Assembly (NCBI GenBank): GCA_964016885.1
Contig: OZ024741.1
Coordinates: 378,324,001-378,388,000 of the forward strand
Direction of reading: 5' to 3'
Length of the DNA stretch: 64,000 nucleotides
Source: Eledone cirrhosa
Lineage: Eukaryota
The notes under the pieces were generated by a model that was not told the DNA's origin, did no database searches, and saw only the letters and a list, made by a program, of their open reading frames with translations. Positions 55,481 through 64,000 of this stretch are shown here, piece by piece. How positions within the stretch are numbered: position 1 is the stretch's first letter; the number at the start of each line of letters is the position of its first letter. A program made the position numbers and the translations under genes.

Positions 55481-55527
55481 TGCTTACAGCTGTTTCCTCC
55501 AAACCGATGTTTGGATTCTTCGGAGCA
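55481..55527 (-). ncRNA. Minimal hammerhead, CCGAAGA core variant
   Basis: tgct CCGAAGA a tccaaac atcg gtttgga g GAAA cagctg TA agca. Confidence 0.8.
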
Positions 55528-55970
55528 ATTTATTAATGCATGCACAGTTATATGACCTCCTTTTCAGCCAAGAGACATACCGATACATATGCAAATATTG
55601 TGGGTCAACATTTCTCCACACACAGACTATATCAATCATATAAAGAATTTGCCACCAGATCTACCAACCTAACACTCTTGTTTACCTACCTAAGTGCCTC
55701 TACCAAACATATCTCTCTGCCACAGTATATAAACAAGACGCACATGCTTGCCACACATATAACATTTGCACTATATAACCGCTTATCTTCATGTTGTATT
55801 TTAACCTGTATTTTTGATTTTTGATGGTACCTCTTAATATGAATGTAATCTCGAAGTGTGTACTGCCACTCTAAATTCTGTAATGAATGTTGACCCACAA
55901 TATTTGCATATGTATCGGTATGTCTCTTGGCTGAAAAGGAGGTCATATAACTGTCCATGCATTAATAAAT

Positions 55971-56017
55971 TGCTCCGAAGAATCCAAACCTCGGTTTGGA
56001 GGAAACAGCTGTAAGCA
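55971..56017 (+). ncRNA. Minimal hammerhead, CCGAAGA core variant
   Basis: tgct CCGAAGA a tccaaac ctcg gtttgga g GAAA cagctg TA agca; palindromic stem III ACAGCTGT. Confidence 0.8.
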
Positions 56018-56220
56018 CAATAATGTTTTGAACAGTTCTTTGATTCTTATTTTTCATATAACTGCTCTGTAAATCATCTGATGTTTTTACATTGAGCTAC
56101 TTAACTTACTGGTAATAAGGTAGTAATACATTACTGCCTACCACTATTTAGGGTGTGTATAAAAAACACTTATAACTGCATCAGGTTTTGTATTTACATA
56201 ACCATAAATAGTATAACTAA

Positions 56221-56262
<42 letters not shown>

Positions 56263-56939
56263 TGGAGTTGTGTATGTGACAAGTAATTTACATTGTGTCT
56301 GTGATGAAAATGGCAAGTAAAACACGCTTTAAAATATTTCGGTTTTTATCAACTTTCGAAACAATATTTCTTTTATTATTTTCTTGTACGTCTATTTTCA
56401 GTTTCTCTCTCCATTTCCTTTTTGTATTTATACATTTTCCATATTTTTAAACTTACTTTATTTTTCGCACAAATTCAAATACAAGAATGGGAATGAAAAT
56501 AAAAGTACGTAATTGAATCAAATACTACATCAGTGGAAGTAATGTATTGTAATTTTACAGTTGTAATACCATATTTTCACAGTGAAGGAAAGAACAAATA
56601 ATATTACTGCTAGAACAGGTTTCTCTCCTTATTTAAGTATGCGCCATTTTCAATATAATCATAGAAAATAATACAGCGTCGTATGTATAGCTTTCGAAAT
56701 ACATCAACAACGTAAGTCGAAAGAGGTTTCTTGGAGCGTAAATCACAACTGATTGGCAGACGAATTTTCGAACAACTCTCAATGTTGCTTGTTAAATCTT
56801 CCGAAGAGGAAAAACCCTCACTTATTAAAGGAAATGTATTTTAATGTGTAGTTGTGATTTTTCTTTATTGTGAAATAATTTTGGCAATAGCTACGTCTCT
56901 CAAGCAACTGCTTTACAAATATCTCATATATTCTGTCAG

Positions 56940-57152
56940 CAATAATAATTGTTTCTACTTTAGGAACTAGGCTAGCAAAGATGAGGATAAATTCGTTTAA
57001 ATCGACCTCAGTGCGTTACTGGTACTTTAATTTATCGACCCCGTCTCGATGAAAGGCAAACCTAATATCTGCGGCATTTTAACTCAGAACGTAAAGGGCC
57101 ATAACTCAATGTCACAAAGAATGTTGTCCGACGCTTTCCCTATACTGCCAAT
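56940..57152 (-). mobile_element. tRNA-derived SINE
   Basis: ctggtacttt...atcgacccc...gatgaaaggcaaa...aactcagaac...atactgccaat. Confidence 0.8.
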
Positions 57153-57189
57153 CTACTGTCCTGTGAGCAATAATAATAACATAGTAGGA

Positions 57190-58070
57190 TTTTTGATCGG
57201 GAAAAGAATATCTGCCGTTGGAAATGTTCCGTCTTGTTACCGCAATGGCTCTTGTATTGTTAGGATATCCAGTGCTCGGTAATCATAAGAATAACCTTCT
57301 GATCGTAATTCATAGTATAAATGTTCAAATGTTTGGTAATACAACACTGTAATTGCACCACAACTAAGCACTTCCTATCAATAATAGGATTGGGGTGCTG
57401 CAAGAAAACCTATCTGCATGAGTCTAAGGTTTTTACAGGAAACGAAACATTTTGTCGGCTTATGCACATGTGAAAAGACCACCCTCTTTTTGAAACATTG
57501 TAGATCAGAACAACATCTAAGTAAGTTGTCGGGGCCGCATTTTATCATTCTAATATAAAACATCGTGATGTTATTTGTCTCCGCGTCTATCCAATGATAT
57601 AGCAACGTATAGAAATAATCTTCGTGTAAAAATATCAAGTTCCATTAGATATTCCCTTAGAATAATTGTACCTTAAAATAAACTAGTGTATCCAATATAT
57701 TTTAGAAATAGCTGTTAAATAAGTCTCATCTCAAAATCTAAGTTCTTAAAAATATTACGAAGAACGCTATTCCTGATGGAAAATTTGCATTAGAATAATC
57801 TTGAATTATTTTCATTATATGTGTGCTCGATTAAATCTAATTAACACCCAACTGTTTCTTTTACTTTTTCTACAGCTTTAGTTCAAATGCATCGAAGAGA
57901 GTTGAAATTGATATCTCCTCACTGCAAGAAAGATGGGTCTCAACATAATTCCCCATAATACTCTAGTATAAATATATAATCCTTCCAGCAAATAAATGTT
58001 CGTTAAAAGACGTTTTATTGTATTCTGACATCGATTCTGGAATCGCATGATAAATGATTTCACAGGGGAT
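57190..58070 (-). pseudogene. Decayed coding remnant, probably a Cys-loop receptor
   Basis: EISISTLFDAFE; CKFSIRN; GNI*WNLI (EW-like, 57656-57633); ~35 codons to FYIRMIKCGP; LRLMQIGF; many stops. Confidence 0.4.
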
Positions 58071-58402
58071 TTCTCTTTCTTTATTTATAACTTCAGTACC
58101 ACAAAGAAATCAAAAATGGCATTTTGGACAATAGGAAGAAATTGAATAAATGCATAGTGATTATGGTGATTGTATTTGTAGTTAGTATGGTAACGATAAT
58201 GAAGTTGTTGATGGAAAATATATATTCAGTACTACGAAGGTAGATGGAGATCGTGTTTATAATGCTGATATGTTTTATGTTGATGAAGATGATATTAATA
58301 AAACCGAAAGTATAATATGCATAATCGGCTTTGATATTGCAGGTAATCCTCATACTTGATATCCACTAAAGTTTCTTAATTTCTTAATCATTATTGATAT
58401 TT

Positions 58403-58590
58403 AGGCGGTGAATTGGCAGTATCGGTAGAGGGTCGGACATGCTTTCTAGCATAGTTATGTCTCTTTATGATCTGATTTCAAATCCCGCCGAGGTTAACTT
58501 TGCCTTTCATCCATACGGGGTCGATAAAATAAAGTATTAGTAATGTACTGGGTAATTGCTGGCCTTGTGCCAAAAGTAGAAATAATTATT
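58403..58590 (+). mobile_element. Full-length tRNA-derived SINE
   Basis: ggcggtgaattggcagtatcggtagag...ttcaaatcccgccgagg...core...agaaataatt. Confidence 0.9.
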
Positions 58591-58599
58591 GATATGTAG

Positions 58600-59800
58600 G
58601 CTTGAAATTTGCCTAATGAACATCAAGCCGTTCGGGAGGTCATTTGTGTTACTGGTAGGTATGGCTAATGAGGTATTCCAAAAATGGGGGATGGGCTAAT
58701 GTTCTTTAACCTGCCATGGAAGCTCTTCAAGATAATACCTAGTACCCCTATAACGACGGGGACAAACCTTTTTGCTTGACAGTGCAGACCCCTTTTAGTT
58801 ATCACTTTAAATCCTAGTACTGTTTAATGTTCTAATTCTACTTTTCTCGCAATCTTGTGTCAAAGGGCTACATCTATAATCGAGCAAGATATATTTTTCT
58901 CCTCAAAAACCAGTAGGTCAGGCCAATTGTGTGCTAATTATTTATCCATTTGTATGCTGAAATCCCACATCACCGACTCCGGCTTATATTCATAATGAGG
59001 TAATGTGTCCAATTAGCATAAATGTCAGTGAATCATATTTCTTATATCATGCCGCCATCCTTTACAGTAATTTTGGTATAGTTGTTTACACTCAGAATGT
59101 GGTATGAACCATATTCCCATCTATCTCCATAGCTTCTACAGAGGGTGTTAACCTCCTAATAAATATGGTGTTTTATCCATTTCGTTCTAAGAGCTTCTTT
59201 CAGTGCAGCCAGTAGCATTTCCTCTGGTTTTCTTAAGGTTCCTTTTCTTTAATAAGTTTCATATCTGCGCGTCTCTGAACTCGGTTTTGTTAAAAGATTA
59301 TGCTATGCATGGTCTTTTTATTTAGATTGTTCTTCCTTTTTGCTGATAATTTCTTTTTGGACATCACTTGGTCTATATTTCTTCTCTTTCAATACAGTCT
59401 TAAGCATTGACACTTTTACTCCCAGACACATATATGTGCAGACAGTTATTCGCCATTTGGACACATTCTTCCACATTGATTAGAATTCTTCCACATTCAG
59501 ATCTTCTTATGTATAATCTATAAACTTCACCGCTTTATATCCAGCTCTTTTTGCTCGTTTACATACAATATATGAATTCGTGCGCTGTACCCAATAATAG
59601 ACACAGCTCGGACACTTATAGCACTTATGACATCTCTAATAATCTGCCATGTCTATAGTATGTTACATACTGTCCTTAGGTATTCAGATCATATAATCTC
59701 ATTTATATTATCTGCCGCCATACATGGTCCTGTCACTTGTCGTTAGGGGCACCTTATACGTTGTTTCTTGGGCATTTCTAATCCTGGCGGAGCGCATCCT
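58600..59800 (-). mobile_element. Very old LINE endonuclease (RTE-like) remnant
   Basis: Degenerate APE-like pieces only. Hand translation is weak; the call rests on partial motif resemblance. Confidence 0.35.
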
Positions 59801-59824
59801 TCTACAGGTCTCAATACAACATAT

Positions 59825-60016
59825 TTATTCCAGGATGTGAGAAAGAGAGATAGAGGAAGAATCGACACCAGTATTAAACTGGTACATTTTATGGAAATCA
59901 AAAGGATGAAATGCAAACTTAACTACGGTGGGATTTGAACACAAAGAACAGAAAACCGAGACGAATTCCCCAAAGCAATTTATCCGACGTTCTAGCGACT
60001 CTGCCAACTTGCCGCC
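59825..60016 (-). mobile_element. tRNA-derived SINE (older subfamily)
   Basis: Minus strand ggcggcaagttggcagagtcg...gttcaaatcccacc...gcatttcatcctttt. Confidence 0.8.
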
Positions 60017-60149
60017 ATATATGCCACCTGAACAACCAAATACCTATATCTCTCTTCGGTGTTGATCTCCGTTATCATCTCACCCGTTTTTACCTCGATT
60101 GATTTGTTTTTCCTTAATATACCTCACCTCATCACTTGGTCTCTATATT

Positions 60150-60531
60150 TATTAACTCTAAATCCCATACATATGTAATTGCTGACAATACGGATAGTGT
60201 CAAAAAGTACATTCAAACGATCCACCCACTTCTTGAAGAGTTGTAGGTCTTACATTAAAGGGAGGTGGTTGATGGTATGCTCTCCTCTTCCCAGTTCGTA
60301 TGCTGCCGTCACTCTTCGCAATGCACGAGGAAAAGGAATGAAGTTAAGAGCAAGTAATGAAGTTCCTCCGGCAAAAGGGTTGTTTATGTCGAACGGTGGG
60401 ATACATTTTCAAACAATACAGTGATCTTTATGCTACGGTGAAGCACACAGAAGCGTAAACTGAGCTGTAGATAAAACAGATATTAATATCCATTGCAACA
60501 TTATTTCAAGTGACCATTTAAACAATTCACA

Positions 60532-60614
<83 letters not shown>

Positions 60615-61545
60615 TATATATATATATAATGTAAAATAACGGGCGAAGGACTCACGTATAATCCTGAAATGCAATGAGCTCAAAGGAATGAGTTTTCATG
60701 GGCACTTTAAAATATAATTTCGAGAGGAAAAACACAGGAGAGTGTGTTTTCATTACAGGAATTTAACCACCAGCGTCAAAAGAATATAAGCTAAGAGAGG
60801 TATAGGAGAAACATAATAGTTAAAAGTACAAATTAAAATGAAAAATCCACCTCATAACTAAATCACACTAGTACAAACTCACCAAGAGATTGTTTCACCG
60901 TATTAGTGGTTTCAAACTTACCTCTTGGATCATCAGCAAGTGTTCAAACTGATATTGTCCCCACTATTAAAGCGTCGGTAACTAATCAACACATACTTAA
61001 ATTTATATATATGTGTGTGTGTATGTGTGTGTGTGCGTGTGCGTGTGTGTGCGTGTGTGTGTACGTGTATGTGTGTGTGCGTATGTATATATATGTATGT
61101 ATGTATGCTGGTATGTGTGCCTATATGTGTGTAAGTATTTATGTGTACATATGTTTGTAAGTTTTTCTGTATTTATGTGTCCATAACTCATGGTGGAGTC
61201 ATAGTAACTTAAGGCTTTTCCTTGTCGTCTTTGAAAGCTGTTGGAACCCTTCTAATCTCCACATCTGAAACCAGCCGATTTCCTCCAGAGAATTTGAGAG
61301 CGTGATAGTGAGAAGGTGAGAAATAGATATTCAGATTAATCTACTCCATTCCTTGGCTGATACATATTGGTTAAAATGAAAGGTATCAAAGTCATCTTTT
61401 GACAGGATATCTCTAATATATGCATCCAACAAAAAAAAAATTTGGACTGAAACATAACAAGAGCACAAATTCACTCAACATTTGAAACTCATAAAATTGT
61501 GAATCCAGTAACATTACTGTAAATATTCGTAAGGCTCCAGTTACA
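60150..61545 (-). pseudogene. Decayed Cys-loop (chemotactile-receptor-like) gene split by microsatellite/repeat insertions
   Basis: ECD: CALVMFQSK; FNQYVSAKEW (KEW at 61354-61346); RLVSDVEIRRVPTAF (EIRRVP at 61259-61242). TM: YLQLSLRFCVL; KCIPPFDINNP (KCIPPF at 60408-60391); M4 KKWVDRLNVLFDTIRIVSNYI (KWVDRL at 60231-60214). Confidence 0.65.
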
Positions 61546-61558
61546 CCTTCAAATATAG

Positions 61559-61589
<31 letters not shown>

Positions 61590-61619
61590 CACCCACCCAC
61601 AAAAGCCCCACCTCCACAG

Positions 61620-61691
<72 letters not shown>

Positions 61692-61833
61692 AATAGAAAC
61701 TCAAAGAAAACAACACGGTACAATGAAGAAATATTTTAATTTTACGCTTGATATAATAGGAAGGAGCTTTTAGTCCTCGGACACTAGCCTTTCCTGTGAA
61801 GATAGAATGAGAAATAACAGATTAAATTTTTCT

Positions 61834-62240
61834 CTATATAACCAATACACAATGAAGAAACAGTTTAAATGCTCTCCATAATAACAAAATAACTATAGAT
61901 TGCCTTTTCTCCCAGATTGATGTATTTTCACATATTTTGTTGTTGGTCGAAGTACTGATGATAGCAATTCTTGTGAACAATACCATGATGAAAACATATA
62001 TGGTTGTTGCTGTGATGATGTATAAGACGAATATCGATTTCATGGTTGCAGCTTGATATTCAGGAATACACTTTTAACAAATCACAATGTTCAGATAACA
62101 ATGTAAAAGCCAGAGAACTGCACAAGATACTCCAAACTGCAATCTAATCAAAACATTCAGAAAATTATTAATATTGACTAAGCTTGAGGGAGTTTATATT
62201 ATAGATCCAATTCTAAAGTTTGTGCGAAGATGCTTCATAT
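61834..62240 (-). pseudogene. Decayed Cys-loop receptor transmembrane domain M1-M4
   Basis: One frame with two stops: II*TPSSLVNINNFLNVLIRLQFGVSCAVLWLLHCYLNIVIC*KCIPEYQAATMKSIFVLYIITATTIYVFIMVLF...IWEKRQSIVILLLWRAFKLFLHCVLVI*. Short M3-M4 loop. Confidence 0.6.
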
Positions 62241-62282
62241 CTGAAAAACACATTTCACTATAAATGACGATAATAATAATAA

Positions 62283-63607
62283 TATATATATATAAAACTG
62301 AGGATATCTGTTTGTGTGTGTGTGTGCGTTTGAATCCCTAAAACTCGAGAAGCACCCGACCGACTGTTTTCAAACTTTACACATGTAATACTATGTTTCA
62401 GGGAGTGTTCTGAGCAAAGAAATGTCAACATTTCAATGCCTTAGGGACTGCATTAGGCGATTTAGCGATCTCTCTCTATAATGCTTAGTCTTTCTATTTT
62501 TACATAGATACATACATATAACGTCGCGCCCTTATATCTGTCTGTATATCTGACTGTCTGCATTACGTCACTTCACACAATTCCCTCTGCGTACAGAACA
62601 CGCCCTTATAATATATCTCTGTATGTCTGGCTGTCTGCATTAGGTCACTTCCCCAAATTCCCTCTGGGTGCAGATTTTCCATTTACGGCCCACTGCCTCC
62701 GGTTATTATTCTACCCTTGCTCAAGACAAATCTCACACTCATTCCCCAAACAGTTGGTAAGTGCACACAACTTCTTCCTCACATTTTAAGCCACAGTGTT
62801 GCTTACTTACATACAACTAAACCCTTACTTCTTTGCCAGCCGTGGTTGTGGCAATTCTAAGCTTAGCTAAGACAGTTATATATTTCACACAACACTAAAA
62901 ATGAAAGCCGGTAACTATGTATTAGTCAGTCTCTTCTTCATATCGTGGGCAAAGAAAATCCAACTTTTAATGGAGCGAGTGAAATAAAGTCGATCCTGCT
63001 GCGATTAAAAAATCAGGTTTGCAGGTTATATATTTCATACAGCACTAAAAATTAAAGGCGGTAAAGAAAAACATCGCTATAATAGCTTCAGTTTTCACAG
63101 TGTTGCTTACTTACATGCCTTTACGAGAAAACTGAGGATGGCTGACTGAGTGTGTGTGTGTGTGTGCGTGTGTGTGTGTTTGAGAATTTGAATCCTAAGA
63201 CTCGAGAAGCACCCAACCGAATGTTTTCAAACCTTTCACATGTAATACTTATGTTTCAGGGATTGTTCTGAGCAAAAGGAATTTGAAATGTTCAATGCCC
63301 TAGGGCGATTTAGCGACCTCTCTCTATAATTATTACTCTTTCACTTTTTACATAGATACATACATATAACGTCGCGCCTTTATAATATTTTCTTTACATA
63401 TTGGCCAGCCATGAGTTTTTTCCACGATTAGGTCTATTGGGGGCCCGCGTTTTGTTTCAGGGAGTGTTATGCTCATAAACAATTCAACTTTTTGATCTCC
63501 TAGGGCCCGCATTACGTAAAAGACTGCGTTTTTTCAGATTTTGGGGGGTATTTGAGGAGTTACGTCAGACAGATTTTCTTGAAATTGTAACTATGTATTA
63601 GTCAGTC
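62283..63607 (+). mobile_element. Non-autonomous Helitron family copy with internal duplication
   Basis: tatatataaaactgaggat 5' motif (repeated at ~63128); homologous to 32876-33774; abuts a LINE. Confidence 0.75.
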
Positions 63608-64000
63608 TTTCAACAAACTTCATAGAAGATAGCGCTTGCCTTTGCACCCTGATTTTCCTCTTCAAGTGAGACTTGAACAAGTTAATTAGTGATTCGCCGA
63701 AGAGGAAAGTATCTGTCTTTAACCATTTTAACCTTGTCCACCACACAATATCTTTCGCCATGGCCACCAGGCAGATGAAAACCGCCTTCCCTTCCTCCTT
63801 GAAGGAAGACGGCGAGACCATCTGCACAATGGACTCAGTCGATAACCGAATCAGTCCTGAACGCCACAGCAACTGTTCGACATACTTCCACAAGTCAGCA
63901 ATGCTCGGACACTGAACGAGTGCGTGCACGACTGTTTCGTCGCTCTGCGAGCATCTCGCACAGGCTCGGCTGACGGCACTTCCGTGCCTGTAGAGCTTAT
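63600..64000 (-). mobile_element. L1/Tx1-like LINE ORF2 C-terminal Zn-finger region
   Basis: ACARCSQSDETVVHALVQC...LWKYVE; related to the 3' part of 17330-22295. Confidence 0.85.

Larger units (their letters stand above)
55438..56060. mobile_element. Mini PLE-derived element: ~175-bp inverted arms, each carrying a hammerhead
   Basis: 55438-55612 versus 55886-56060, with 3 mismatches seen; arms are homologous to 44370-44560. Confidence 0.88.

Noticed and set aside
57190-58070. BTB-BACK/Kelch pseudogene interpretation
   Set aside because: There is a superficial match (NYVETHL..., HEDYFY...W), but the spacing fits poorly. EW-like, pre-M1 and RL(M)Q motifs and the local context favour a Cys-loop fossil; unresolved without an HMM search.
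60250-60465. Spliced exon suggested by minus-strand ttttatctacag / gtaaga
   Set aside because: It contains in-frame stops, and the receptor-like frame continues past both apparent splice sites.
60880-60945. Hammerhead on the minus strand (CTGATGA + ccaagag/ctcttgg stem)
   Set aside because: There is no GAAA/stem III/NUH after the stem; the GAAAC copies lie inside the loop.

Overview
This is AT-rich eukaryotic DNA saturated with (TA)n/(CA)n/(GA)n microsatellites. The SINE family and microsatellite landscape point to an octopus or other coleoid cephalopod (inference). I found no intact host gene, and almost all listed ORFs are microsatellite or transposon artefacts. Mobile elements: several Penelope-like retroelements (PLEs; Naiad-type RT+GIY-YIG with inverted terminal copies, plus one GC-rich Neptune-type), L1/Tx1-like and RTE-like LINE remnants, non-autonomous Helitrons and about 15 tRNA-derived SINEs. 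Two hidden layers stand out. (1) Eight PLE-associated type I hammerhead ribozyme motifs. Most have a palindromic (dimer-type) stem III, four have a CCGANGA core variant, and other structured RNAs sit nearby, including an HDV-like double-pseudoknot candidate. (2) A tandem graveyard of at least 8 heavily decayed, apparently intronless Cys-loop (nAChR-like / chemotactile-receptor-like) pseudogenes in the unique spacer DNA, mostly on the minus strand. I recognised these only by hand translation across stops and frameshifts; all family calls are motif-based and were not confirmed by database search.
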